A stretch of DNA of 64,000 nt, taken from NCBI RefSeq assembly GCF_964355755.1, contig NC_092670.1, positions 38,242,388 through 38,306,387 on the forward strand, written 5' to 3'. Position numbers and translations under genes: made by a program. Position 1 is the stretch's first letter, and the number at the start of each line of letters is the position of its first letter. Below the pieces are notes generated by a model. The model made no database searches. It was not told where the DNA came from and worked only from the letters and a program-made list of their open reading frames with translations. Source of the stretch: Antedon mediterranea. Lineage: Eukaryota; Animalia; Echinodermata. This document shows, piece after piece, positions 15,701-28,667 of this stretch.

Positions 15701-18700
15701 AATGCATTTTAGTGTAAACTATAAACTTAAGCTCTGTCTACACTATCAAACTTTATGTGATGTGCCCATATATGCAAGTGACGATGTCATAGCACTACCA
15801 TATTTAAGCATATCACAACCATATTTGAGCATATCACTATCATATTTGGGCACATCACACTTTTTTTGTCTAGTTTTACACTAGTTTGATAGTTCAGACA
15901 GAGCTTATTAACTATAATAATAATCTGTAAAGTTTTGCAAGAAATTGTAAAATATAAAATGTTGTTCACAACTACAGAATTTATGACCTGTAGATATTAA
16001 TTGTTGCCTTGTCCTTATACAAAATGATTATTATTGCACATGCTCAGTGACCTCTTCACTCATGAATAATTCATGAGGCAAACAGAACCATTGGTGCAAA
16101 TTATTATATAAACACTTACTTCCAGGTAATGGTTCCTCTTCTCCGGAACTCTCATATCTTCGGTATGTAAATTTCTGTGGCGTTGGTAGAGGCGTGGGCG
16201 TATCACTCTCGTTACGAACCTCCTTAGCAGTCTTTATGTTAACTAAAAATGTGTAAATATAAAGCAAATTATATATAATGGTACAAATGTATACCTGAAT
16301 GATTATTATAAGCGATAACTTAATTTATTACTAACAGACTGTGGAATTTATAGGTATACAACAATTAGTGTATATCATATACAAATAGAAGCATACTTTA
16401 ATTTCTATACTTATTTGTGATCCGGATACATTTTTTAGATCTATTTAACTTTTATGTTTTTATTTATTTTTTTTTGTATAACCGAGCTAATCTCAAGAAA
16501 CAATTTGTTTTTATTTTTAACATTATTTTTGTATATTTTAAAATAATGATTAAAAAAAATATATGTACCTGTTAGTTTAGGTCTGGCTGTCTGGTTTTGT
16601 CTTCGATGCCATATAGAATCCTTACTTGGTTGCCTTTTTGCTTGCCGACGATGCAAATCTTGTTTCGCTGACGTGTCATTATGTTCCTCTGTCTGTGCAA
16701 CCTGTTCATTGGTACTACTTGATGGTTCAGTCCCTTCAGATTCTTCAGGAATTATAGAGGTGTCAATCTCAGCTCCTTGAGCACCATTATAAACTGGTTG
16801 TGCAGAAGTTTCACCAGTTTGTTCTACAGAGTTCGTTTGTGATAGTGGATTGTCGGACACTTTCTGAAGAGTTACCGATTCCATTTGGTGCGTGCTTGTC
16901 GAACTTTGATTTGACTCATCCGTACCATCATTTTGGTTAGTCCTCGGCGAAGGTTCTTTCTGAGGAGGAGCAGCAGCAGTGGATGGACTCGGAGTAGATC
17001 CTCCATCGGATGGGTTGCTCCAGGATCTCATTCTTAATTTTTTAATTTCTTCTTGAATGCCCATTTGTAATTGGATATCACTCTCTGTTCGATGCCTCAG
17101 TTCTTTGGTATGCTCTCCATCTTCACTGTTAGGTTGTCTATCTTCCGTAGTATCCATATTTTGTTGATTTTCTGTTATGTTTACTCCATAATCTCTGTCT
17201 TGATCTTCCTGTTGTTGACCTTGGCAGGTCAGTATAGTAGCGTTCATAGTTTCTACTTTGTTAGTCGCTGGCACGCCAACCTGACCTTCGTTTGACGCCT
17301 TTATCTCCTCTGAGTCATCACTAATACCAACGATAGGCATTGAGGATGTGTCGTCTATCATAGGGGGTTCATGGGTAGGGTGTTCTGTGTATACGGACCC
17401 TTTTGATAAATCAGTCTTACCAGTACTGTTCGACACTAAGTGGTTTGATATATCACTCTCGAGAACCGAGCCTGCTTGATTTCCTGTGTTGGATCCGCTG
17501 TCAGAAGTTTGAGGCAAATCATCAGCATTTGGACTGATTGTTTCATTAGCACTATTAGTAGTATTTCCTGTGGTTTCTAGCGATGATTCGCAAGCGATGC
17601 TTTGAACATCGGCCAGTCGTTTACTCAACACTCCGGCAGCGGCATGTGACAAGTCTTCGTGAGACAGATCGTTGTTAGACGTATCTGGCGTTATTGGCTC
17701 CTCGATTATATTCGACGTGTCGCTGGAATGATTTTGAGGTTCGTTTTCCTGATTTCCGTGGGATTGTGGCGCTGACTTTTTTTTTACTTTGCCGGATGAA
17801 TCAAACACAGGAAGCATTAATTGTGGTACTGAATGAGATCGACAAACAGACTTTGTTGACGATGCTCTTGATAAATTAAAACCATTTGGAAGAATACCAT
17901 CTAGAATATAAAAATAGAACTATCATTTATCAATGATATTTTTAACTTTTTCAATATAATTAACTTTCTCGATATATATATAAATAATTTGACTCACAAA
18001 CAAACAATTTCACACAGGAATCTGGTCAAAAATAAATGATATTTTGTATATATTGTGTGCATAATAATGAAAGGTTTAAAAAGAGTGTGATATTTTGTCA
18101 TTTATTATTAGGTCATTCATATTTTCCCTCACAATTTAAGAATTGACACATTAAAGATGTAATGTCCCTCTGAAAAAAATAATTCTTAAATGTTTTGGTT
18201 GAATATGCCAATTTGATGTAACATAACAGTTATCCACTTTGACCAAAAATTGGATCAAACAAATGTTTATTTAGTTGAAAAAAATGTAATTTAAAGCAAA
18301 AATTGGTTTTTGGTTGAATTTACCCATTTATTTTGTTATTAAGTGATTAAATTTATTAAAAATACAAAATAAAGTCTGATTAAATTAATCTTCATTTTTC
18401 ATGTTTTTGGGGGACAATACATCTTTAAAACAGATTGAACATGATTTAAATGTGTCTTTCCACAGATGATGTAACATATCCATAAAAGAGTAGAAAAAAG
18501 GAGGGACCAATTTAATTTTAAAAACTAGTTAGTCAAAATGATGCAAAGTAGACTGTAGTAGGAAAGAGATAAAGGAAATTGGACGTCAGTGACTTGACCT
18601 TGGTATGTCAACAAAAAAAACCAATGAAACCCACTAGCACTTAAGTAAAGTATTGGGACGGCGCCAGCTTTTTCAATATAGGGGTTCTTGTGTTTGGAAG

Positions 18701-21700
18701 AGTGAATAAGGTATGCCACATAGCGTAAATAATTGACTTTAGTTTGTTGTATTGCATAAATTCAGAAATGGAATTACTTCTTATACAAATTAACCCCTTG
18801 AATCTGCCTCAATTAATTGTCATAGGAAAAGGAGTGAGACCAGAATCCTAATGAAACATATTTGTATAAGGCAGCGAGACTGTTAATAATTAAACTAACG
18901 AGCTGCAGCAATGGTGGCTGATGTATAACTTCCGAAACTCTAGCCTTCAAAATGTCATGCGTATCACGTGTCAAAAATGATCAAACGCATCAGAATCAAG
19001 ATACAGAGAGGTAAGTGGACGACAAGAACTTAACAGGGAAATAAGATAGAATATTGAGAGATGGAGAGAAGACTCAGCGATGGGAACTGAGAATCAAGAA
19101 TAAAAATATGTTAATAAATATAAAAATCATAAATAAAAGTATAACTGGAGATGGAGAAAACAAAAGATGCTGGAGATATAAATGTGTAGGAAGAGTTAGA
19201 TGAAAATAATAGACTGAAATGAAAATAATGGGAGACTGAAATGAAAATAATGGGAGACTGAAATGAAAATAATGGGAGACTGAAATGAAAATAATGGGAG
19301 ACTGAAATGAAAATAATGGGAGACTGAAATGAAAATAATGGGAGACTGAAATGAAAATAATGGGAGACTGAAATGAAAATAATGGGAGACTGAAATGAAA
19401 ATAACAGGAGACTGAAATGAAAATAACGGGAGACTGAAATGAAAATAATGGGAGACTGAAATGAAAATAATGGGAGACTGAAATGAAAATAACGGGAGAC
19501 TGAAATGAAAATAATGGGAGACTGAAATGAAAATAACAGGAGACTGAAATGAAAATAATGGGAGACTGAAATGAAAATAATGGGAGACTGAAATGAAAAT
19601 AACAGGAGACTGAAATGAAAATAATGGGAGACTGAAATGAAAATAATGGGAGACTGAAATGAAAATAATGGGAGACTGAAATGAAAATAACGGGAGACTG
19701 AAATGAAAATAATGGGAGACTGAAATGAAAATAATGGGAGATTGAAATGAAAATAATGGGAGACTGAAATTAAAATAATGGGAGACTGAAGGAGAATGCT
19801 GAAACTTACCCATGTCTTGGTCTTCCAGATGTATAGTAAAAGATAACGTTCCTGTGATAGGGTCCGATGGGTGATGTTTGTTTAAATGTAATTGCATTGA
19901 ATGTTCACTGTTGAGATAAATATATAATAATAAGGCTGTTTTACTTCTCATTTTGATTTAGCTTTTCGATTTTATTTTGTATCTCCATTGAGATCCAGCC
20001 ACTGATACCCACAGCATTGTCATTTTTTCAGTAATTTGCCTTTGGATTTATAATAATAAGTAACAAATACTAGGGTAAATCTTTGTCTACACTATCAAAC
20101 TTTATGTGATGTGCCCATATATGGACATGATGATGTCATATCACTACCATATTTGGACACATCACACTTTTTTAGTGTAGGCAGAGCTTTTAACGACTGA
20201 ATAATGTCTTGCTACACATTGCAGTAGAACTTCTCCATTTGAACAGCCTTAATAAGGCGACACTTCATTGAGTTCCAAACATGTACACTTAATAGTGAAT
20301 TAATGCAAAGGGTTATGTGGGTGTTTGAATATTGGTTAAAAAATAGTATAATTTGGCTCTATGATTCAAAATAGGCTATTGTAGGCATTGTAATAAAAGC
20401 ATACTCTAAACTTGGGAGATGCAATTTTGTACGAGGTAATTATATCATTTTAAGATTATGCTCGTTTAAAATTAAATAATTCCAGCATCATGGCACATAC
20501 AGGTATGTGTTCCTAGGTATTAAACTTTAGTAATAGAAACTGTTAAAAACGGTGGTTTTTCCTACTTTTCAGCAACTCGTTGTAAGATGGTTTCAACCGG
20601 AACTATAACTTTGCCGAGGAATCGGCTGATGATTGGCCGACTCTTAACAAACTTGTCTTTCACTTCGAACTCAATCATGTCACTTATGCGGGCTTGAAGG
20701 TTAAATGTCTGAAATACAAATGGCAACAATGAATGCATGGATTAGTTAGTTGGAGGTCATAGGTTACCAGTCTAAATTTCTAAATTATTGTACTTATATT
20801 GTCTAATGTATAAAATTAACAAGTGATCCATGATAGAGAGGGCAGCAGACAACATTTTATGATCAATAATAATTAATATATAACAATTTAACATGCAATA
20901 TCAACATACTAAATATGTGACTAAATCAACTTCTATTGCTATTTTTTAAAAAGAACTTAAAACGCATCTTTTTAACATCCAATATAAGCGCCTTTGATTT
21001 TTACTTCGGTTTAGTTGATTCTGGTGCTATACAAATACCTAAATTATTATAAAGGATGTTTTGCAAGGGTGTAGCCACCAGTATGGTTGGTAAGGTTTCA
21101 ACCTGACCACTTTTTCAGAGGCCTTTGACAACCCAGTGGCTTGAACAAAGATTATTCCCTTTTCTTGCGAAAACTGCACAACTTATTTCTTGTGGCTACT
21201 TCACTGTTATGATAGTTTATATTTAAAAGATTAACATTTAAATATTTATTATGTCATAATCAGTGGAAAAAATTACTGTAATGTCATAAGTACAACCCTA
21301 GTACAAAATTAATTATTATTTACAGTCCCAGTACTCTCCCAATACCAGACTCTCTGAAAACTGGTTCTATAGCTCTGTCTACACTATTAAATTAGTTTGA
21401 CAAAAAAAGTGTGATGATATGATATGCCCAAATATGGTTGATAAGACATGATCATCATGTCTATATATGGGCACATCACATTTTTGTTGTCATATAAAGT
21501 TTGATAGTGTGGACAGAGCTTAACAGGTACCAGGGTTCTGAAAACTAAACACAACTCTAAGCACATCCACTAAAAAAAAAACTTTCTTACTAAATTTTCC
21601 CAGGACGGCATGACAGTATTCTGAGCTGTTTGCGTTCTATATTGCTGTTCATGATGCTGTAGTCTAGTACTCTTTTTACGAATGGGTTTTACCATCAATT

Positions 21701-24700
21701 TCACATAAGGATCCGGGTTAAAAAACATTCCCTTTTTCAAATTCTCAGCATAAATTTCTGAAATATAATCAAATATACTTAATGCTCATCTTACAATAGA
21801 ACTGTTGTAAAAATACATTTTTAAGGGTTACAATCTTTGACTTTCAATGTCATGTCATAATACCAAGGCTGACTGAATGGAAAGAAAATAATAGAATAGT
21901 TCCCTTTCTGATCAAATTTCAAAGCTACATGACTTTTTAATATTTGCCTTTTTTTTTATAGAAATGGTTATATTCTGTAAAAATTATTACATGTTAAATA
22001 TGAGGCGCAAAGCAAAAAAATCGTCTTAACTTTGCTTTAAATCCTTGATTTTGCATAAGTCGGATTAAAAATACTAATATAAGCAAAAATATTTGCTTAA
22101 GTTTATCCTAAATCTAAGATGAACAACACCCTGCCTTCAAATGAAAAACATTGTTTTTTCTGCAACAAAGATATTCGGAAAGGCTATGCTAGTGCGTTTT
22201 CTGCGGTATCATGGATGCTAATAACTACATCGATCTTCAGTAAGATGGTCTAGACCCATTTGACAATCCAGAAGCCACTTTTATCAAACTAACTACTTAC
22301 TTGATACTATTATTGTATACAGATGATCATCAGCTTCTAAATCATCTGAGGTTGAATCCAAACTGTCATTACGCCCGTCATGGTTGTACACCGTAACCGT
22401 TGGTGAAACAGCTCGTAGTTGTCCAGAGTTGCCATGGTAATATTTATAACAGACCTTATTTACTGCTGAAAATAATATATTAAAGATTTAATTAAACTTG
22501 TTTTTTTGAAGTGTCTCGTTATTTTACTTTCATCACGGTTATACAAACAATACTCTGTAATATTCTAATATAATATTCTCAAACATACATTATACTGTAT
22601 TATAATATTTGGAAGATTTTTAATTTTTTTTATTTATTCAATTTCTGCCATATACATAACAAAGAAGACAAAACAATTATAAAAGGAGGCACGGAAAGAC
22701 CAAACAGGTGCTAAATACCTATGCTAGTTGGTCAACCCAGAACACACAAAAATAAATAAATTACGTTCTACAATAAAAGTATCGACAAGAAAGCGACCAA
22801 CTACACACATTTTCAATATCAAAATTATTTAAAAAATAAATATTGAGATAATTAAGTAATTTGGTTTTAAAAGAACTAACAGAAATATTTAAGATCATTA
22901 GATGATGGACATTGACATTTTGCTGGTAACTAACAATAGAAGTAATTTTTCTTTTCATACTACCTATACAGTAGCAAAAATCTTCATTAATAATAGTCAT
23001 CATTAACCATTAACATTTACAGAATGTGAAATTCTTCAATTGAAAAAATAAATATTACTTTTCACATATTGTACAATCTACAATGGGTCGCTGATGATGT
23101 AATTAAATGGTTTATCTTATCTTACTGTACGAAACCAGGAATATAGTGTACTACAGGAATTATACAGTTAACAACTTTTATCTTAACTGCAGTAACTGCA
23201 GTAAGATGCATAAAGGGTCCTTTCACACCTGTTCGGCACGGTTCTGGTCTGGCACTGTCAAAGCAAACTTAAATGTTTCGTTTTCACGCGGCTACGTGCA
23301 TATCGATTGTCACATAGAGCATCGTGAAAACGAAACATTGGCGTTCAATTCGAATTGCCCGCACCGGACCCGTGTTGGAAAGACTCTTTAATAATCCAGT
23401 TATTTTGCACCTGTATAGGAAGCGTAAAAACCGCCTGGGAAATCCTATTGCATTTAATACACTCAGAAAACAAGAAAACATACAGTACAGTACTTTATTT
23501 AATATATTTGTGGTTAACCTAGGACATGATTCACTTCCAAATTAATTTTACGAAAAACAACTCTTAAACTCTGTACACTATGTGACAAAAAATGTGATGT
23601 GTCCATATATGGACATGATGATATCATATCACTACCATATTTGAGCATATTACTACCATATTTTGGTACATCACACTTTTTTTTGTCAAACTAGTTTGAT
23701 AGTGTAGCTTTGTAATGCTATGACTTTGAATGTTTCTGGATTCCTACCACAACCCCCATCAAACATCCTTTAGGTCAAAGTTTAAAACAAGACATTGACT
23801 TTATAGCATTTTTAAAGAAACATTACCATACTATTACTAAGTACTAAACATCTCAAGTAGTACAACAAATAACCAAAACCTTTGGAACAAACAATGTCAC
23901 AAAAACCACATAGCATATTTATGAGTTGACAAACAAGAAGGTCTCGAATGTCCCATTACAAGGAGTTGAAGTCTAGTCATCATTTATTATATAAGTCGGA
24001 AAAATTAAAAAGATGATATATGAGGAAAATTTGTGTGACTAATGGACAACAACGAAGAATGAGAATGTAGAAACATTGCAAAATGTAGAAAGATTCAATC
24101 CCCAAGAATATCCTAGACTTCCTTTCTTTTTCTTCAATAATACAGAGATATTATACTGAAACATTAGTAGAGCTCTGTGTACACTATCAAACTAATTTGA
24201 AAACAAAGTGTGATGTGCCCAAATATGGTAGTGCTATGCTCAAATATGGTAGTGATATGACATCATCATGTCCATATATGGGCACATCACATTTTTTGTC
24301 ACACAGTTTGATAGTGTAGACATTGCTTAACACTATTATTAGATAAGGGAGATCGCATCTCTCTGATTTTTAGACAAACATGGATTGTTTATTTGCTGTA
24401 ACTAAGTGACTACCAGTACACATTATAATATTAGTTATTATTATTTTATTTTACTATATTTTGTTCTGGAGGATACCTAGTACATCTTTCGAGATGAGTA
24501 GGGGGTTACCCCGGTGTATTAGTATTATTAGTACATCACAGCCACTGATCACCAACTGGGCCCTCTGGGAGACCAGTCTTTGACTGAAGAGGTTACCCAG
24601 TATAAATATAAATTTCAATCAATCAATTGTACAACCAAAGAGAAAAAAAATTGAACACTATTTAATTATTCAAAATTACTGTAGACATTATTTCAAAATA

Positions 24701-27700
24701 AAGGCAGACAGTACAATGAAGCAACTCAAGTTATATTCATAATAATGAAATGAGTTCTATAGAACAGTACAGTTTAACGCTACAACACAATGATATTACT
24801 AAACCTAATCATGCGTATAAAGTAGATTTCAACAGAAATCCTAGAATTATGCGCAAGATTAAAACAAACCCTGTACTAAAGTTAAGAAAAAATAGTGGTT
24901 TTTACATATTATGTAAATTATAGATTCATAAGAAGTATGTTGCCGAAGGATTAGAACCTATCCACTTGAGGAGTAGCCTACCACTAGACCACAGAAGATC
25001 CTGTGGTGAGACTACATACAATAGTACTGTACTTACAAAATAATTCTTTGGAATCAAGAGAAATGCTTGATATAACTTACTGTACCTTTTCTAAAGTTGG
25101 TATTTTTTTCCAGGTCCCATACCATCTGTCCTTTGCGGGTTCCAGTAACTCCACGATTTTTAAAGTCAATAAAATTTGATGGGTTCATCTCGTCTGTAAA
25201 AATAATTATGTACAGAAAACAACGCAATAAATTAATGGCACTAACTCTACATGTTGCTGGGTTAATATAAAATGTAGTAAATTGCTTTTTTTTTTTGATT
25301 AATCAATAATTGAAAAGATATGCTAAATTTATTCCAATATTCATTCTTTTCGTGATACATTAAAATCAAATACTGCTAACAGGTTTTGTGACATTTACTT
25401 CTCAGCCACCATGTAACATTTCAATATTAAGATTTAGCGGAGAGTGGCCATAACTTAACGGCCTACATATGAATACCTAATGGATGTAGGCCATTAAACT
25501 TTAACAAGACCAAGAAAATCTCCAAAGAAGACAAAATATTGAAAACTTTACTATGTTAAAGATGTATTGTCCTCTTAAAAAATAATTCTTAACATTTTTT
25601 GTTGTTGAATATGCCATTTTAATGTCACATAATAGAAATTTACATTGACCAAAAATTGGATGGAACATAATTAATTTACCTGAAAAAACTGTAATTTAAA
25701 GCAAAAAAGAGTCAAATTGGCTGCCAGCCAATGGATTTTATTATGTTATTTTATAAGTGAAAACACTATTTGTTTGGTTTTTTTTTCTACGGAAGTGATT
25801 GACTTTATTAAAACTACAAAATAACCTATTCTAAGTCTGATTTCATCTTCATTTTTCATGTTTTTGGGGGACAATACTGTACATCTTTAAGCGGATAAGC
25901 ATGTTTTAAAATTCATATTTGTATTTATTATGTGTGAATGGAATAATTTAATTTAGCTGAATAACTTAACCCAGCAAAACTGAATATTTTGAATTTTAAT
26001 TTTGGGATTTGGGAAAACAATGACTAATATAGCCAAATCAGAACTAACATTTTTTATATTGTGAAATAACATTTTAATTTTTTTTTCAGAAGGGAATAAC
26101 TTTATTAAAACTGCAAAATGGCCTATTTAAAGTCTGATTTTATTAATCTTCATTTTTCATTTTTTTTGGGGTGACAATACATCTTTAAACCATTTCGTTA
26201 GTAAATTAGTTGTCAATACTTAACATAGTAGTACGCAGCCCTACTGTAGAAGAATAAAAATAAGTAGTACTCAGCTGTACATTGATTTAAACTGGCCAGG
26301 AAATTATACAAAATAGAACTACCTTAATACAAATCTGCTAATTCATGTTAAACAATACAGGCTTTGAATACTGTATTCTGAGGAAATGTCACCAAAATAG
26401 ACACTATAATTCAGCTAATTCATGTTAAACAATACAGGCTTTGAATACTGTATTCTGAGGAAATGTCACCAAAATAGACACTATAATTCAGCTAATTCAT
26501 GTTAAACAATACAGGCTTTGAATACTGTATTCTGAGGAAATGTCACCAAAATAGACACTATAATTCAGCTAATTCATGTTAAACAATACAGGCTTTGAAT
26601 ACTGTATTCTGAGGAAATGTCACCAAAATAGACACTATAATTCAGCTAATTCATGTTAAACAATACAGGCTTTGAATACTGTATTCTGAGGAAATGTCAC
26701 CAAAATAGACACTATAATTCAGCTAATTCATGTTAAACAATACAGGCTTTGAATACTGTATTCTGAGGAAATGTCACCAAAATAGACACTATAATTCAGC
26801 TAATTCATGTTAAACAATACAGGCTTTGAATACTGTATTCTGAGGAAATGTCACCAAAATAGACACTATAATTCAGCTAATTCATGTTAAACAATACAGG
26901 CTTTGAATACTGTATTCTGAGGAAATGTCACCAAAATAGACACTATAATTCAGCTAATTCATGTTAAACAATACAGGCTTTGAATACTGTATTCTGAGGA
27001 AATGTCACCAAAATAGACACTATAATTCAGCTAATTCATGTTAAACAATATTGGCTTTGAATACTGTATTCTGAGGAAATGTCACCAAAATAGACACTAT
27101 AATTCAGCTAATTCGTGTTAAAAGGTAACTGCTGGTTTAAAATGTCTATTGTTTACATAAATACAAAACCTTTTCCAGCAACATGGTAAAACGAAATCCC
27201 ACTTATTTCTCTTCTGTGGTAAAGCACAACAAGCTTCTTTAAAATACTTATTACACCTGATTTTTCAATTTACAAACACTAACCGAGGTAAATATTTCTC
27301 ACAAAAATAGTTCTTTTGATATATATATTTTTTGTCCTAAGAAAAATGCCACAAATTTATATATACATAATATGATAATATACATAATTTTGGCAAATTT
27401 CCACTTTTAAGTGGACATTTTCCAAATTGAATGTCATATTATATTTCAGCCCTTCTGTATTTAAATATTTTTGTTTTGTTTAAAAATTATATATTTAGGC
27501 AAATTGCCAAGGATACCATAAACGAATTCATTCATTATCTTAAAGGTGACAATCACATCAAACATTGGCGGAATTAAACAAATGTTGATACATTAACTAC
27601 GCCTCGTGCATGTTGCAACATTTTAAATACCCTCGAGTGCACCGCATTTTCACTAACACACTCGGACTTGTGCATTATTTGTATAGTAACCAACACAAAG

Positions 27701-28347
27701 ATTTACTGAAGGAATGCGTTATACTTTACTATATAAAATTTCAGAATCAACATTTTAGGATTTTATATTTATATTTTGTATGGCTTTCATAATTTATATA
27801 TTTTATGAACTGTATCCTTTTTATATTTGTATGTACTGTATTTTGAAAAGGCCAACAGAGTTTCCCCATGGGGATAATAAATTTTTAATTTAATTGAATT
27901 GTAATTCAATTGCAATTTGCATTCTATTACTTCTTCTATTACTCTTTTTTTAGCTCTTAAATAATGTAGTGTACTGTGTTACCAATTTAAGCAAATTAAT
28001 TTTATTTGACAAATAGCAAATACTGTACCTGAGCTGTACAGCCCAATCCAGTCAGTTGCACAAACTTCTTCTTTAATATCCCAAAATACAATCAGGCTAT
28101 CCCCACATCCGAGTGTGATCTCCTGCTTGCTAACTGATAAACTTGATAGACCTTGAAACGAGCTTCTGGCAAGATTCGGGTCACTGTGTGCCCGATCTTG
28201 ACGCGTAAGAAGTCGTAGGATCGGTTGATTCGGGAAAACACCCATGCTATGTCGTAACCGATCTTCTAGATCCATCTCTGCGTTTTGTTCAGGAAACTCG
28301 CTTAAGCTGTGTCTAAATTGGTTCGAGTCTTCTACTTCTGAACTCAT
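3603..28347 (-). CDS. HECW2: HECW1/HECW2 (NEDL)-type HECT E3 ubiquitin ligase, 5' part (3' exons lie beyond the window start)
   Basis: Coding exons 28347-28029, 25193-25086, 22465-22301, 21757-21591, 20708-20566, 19907-19810, 17900-16569, 16242-16120, 6752-6599, 4053-3959, 3736-3603, all GT-AG and phase-compatible. Motifs: HECW_N ([14 protein letters not shown]; FKNRGVTG; CYKYYHG), C2 ([12 protein letters not shown]; [18 protein letters not shown]), WW1 ([27 protein letters not shown]). Likely pro-ortholog of both vertebrate paralogs. Confidence 0.93.
3959..4053 (-). CDS. HECW2: HECW exon ([10 protein letters not shown]...IPPPPP)
   Basis: 95 nt, phase 2-1, tttcag|...|gtaatt. Confidence 0.87.
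4782..6513. mobile_element. Non-autonomous TIR DNA transposon (hAT-like ends)
   Basis: TIR ctaggctcgcgctaa / ttagcgcgagcgtag; subterminal TTCGCCA/TGGCGAA repeats; flanked by CTTAA on both sides. Confidence 0.7.
6599..6752 (-). CDS. HECW2: HECW exon, WW1 domain ([26 protein letters not shown])
   Basis: 154 nt, phase 1-2, ttttctag|...|gtaggt. Confidence 0.93.
8335..8430. repeat. (TTATCAA/TTATCAATTA)n microsatellite
   Basis: Directly visible. Confidence 0.9.
12598..12775 (-). mobile_element. 3' part of a SINE with L2-type tail
   Basis: caggtgtataaatgggtacc core and agcgctatataagaatgaa(tta)n tail; similar tail at about 60605-60655. Confidence 0.5.
14592..15216. mobile_element. Kolobok-like non-autonomous element
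   Basis: TTAA|agaccccttccct ... agggaagggggct|TTAA. Confidence 0.7.
16120..16242 (-). CDS. HECW2: HECW exon leading into WW1 (...EEEPLPG)
   Basis: 123 nt, phase 1-1, tttttag|...|gtaagt. Confidence 0.87.
16569..17900 (-). CDS. HECW2: HECW large exon, Ser/Thr/Gln/Glu-rich linker predicted disordered
   Basis: 1332 nt open frame, phase 1-1, ttctag|...|gtacat; explains the 458-aa ORF. Confidence 0.88.
18151..18428. mobile_element. Kolobok-like MITE family of about 300 bp (other copies 25557-25890, 31441-31758, 51575-51890; partial 7700-7800, 12775-13048, 26060-26188)
   Basis: TTAA|agatgtattgtccc ... gggacaatacatct|TTAA termini and a shared interior (ttgaccaaaaattgg, gtaatttaaagcaaaaa). Confidence 0.7.
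19200..19790. repeat. 22-bp minisatellite (gggagactgaaatgaaaataat)n, about 27 copies
   Basis: Directly visible; produces the 22-aa periodic ORF. Confidence 0.97.
19810..19907 (-). CDS. HECW2: HECW exon, end of C2 ([27 protein letters not shown])
   Basis: 98 nt, phase 2-1, caacag|...|gtaagt. Confidence 0.88.
20566..20708 (-). CDS. HECW2: HECW exon, C2 domain ([22 protein letters not shown])
   Basis: 143 nt, phase 0-2, tatttcag|...|gtagga. Confidence 0.92.
21591..21757 (-). CDS. HECW2: HECW exon, C2 domain ([16 protein letters not shown]...)
   Basis: 167 nt, phase 1-0, tatttcag|...|gtaaga. Confidence 0.92.
22301..22465 (-). CDS. HECW2: HECW exon ([25 protein letters not shown]...)
   Basis: 165 nt, phase 1-1, ttttcag|...|gtaagt. 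Confidence 0.9.
25086..25193 (-). CDS. HECW2: HECW exon ([27 protein letters not shown]), HECW_N
   Basis: 108 nt, phase 1-1, tttacag|...|gtacag. Confidence 0.9.
26337..27121. repeat. 77-bp tandem repeat, about 10 nearly identical copies
   Basis: Unit gctaattcatgttaaacaatacaggctttgaatactgtattctgaggaaatgtcaccaaaatagacactataattca. Confidence 0.97.
28029..28347 (-). CDS. HECW2: HECW coding exon 1 (MSSEVED...DWIGLYSS)
   Basis: Acceptor ttttacag before 28361, ATG at 28347, donor CAG|gtacag; start of HECW_N domain. Confidence 0.88.
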
Positions 28348-28667
28348 GATTGTAATAAATGCTGTAAAAAGTAAAATCAAGATATTTGTAATGTAAATTT
28401 GTAATGTGAATTTCTTTTAAATTTTAACTTACATTTATTTGTTAATCAATACTTATGCACCAATCATAAACAGTTTTTTATCATATTATTTACTACCACT
28501 TTTGATTTAAATTGGGAAAATCATTGGCATAACATATTTAGTTGGATGGTATACAGTACATGCATGCTACTTCCTTCACTAGGCAATACCAAAGGTAGGT
28601 CACCTGCAGACATTCAAAAATAATAAATTAAACTACAGTCAGTTGAGGCAAAGAAAGCTAATCAAAA

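Noticed and set aside
14030-15969. ORFs with CDVPKYGSD-like peptides (also 33520, 43518, 53014)
   Set aside because: Translations of the abundant MITE
16441-17817. 458-aa ORF as a standalone protein
   Set aside because: Bounded by in-phase splice sites; it is the internal linker exon of HECW
19196-19951. 251-aa ORF as an independent gene
   Set aside because: It is one 98-nt HECW exon plus translation of a 22-bp minisatellite
26337-27121. CRISPR-like array
   Set aside because: Units are identical head-to-tail with no unique spacers, the context is a eukaryotic intron, and there are no cas genes
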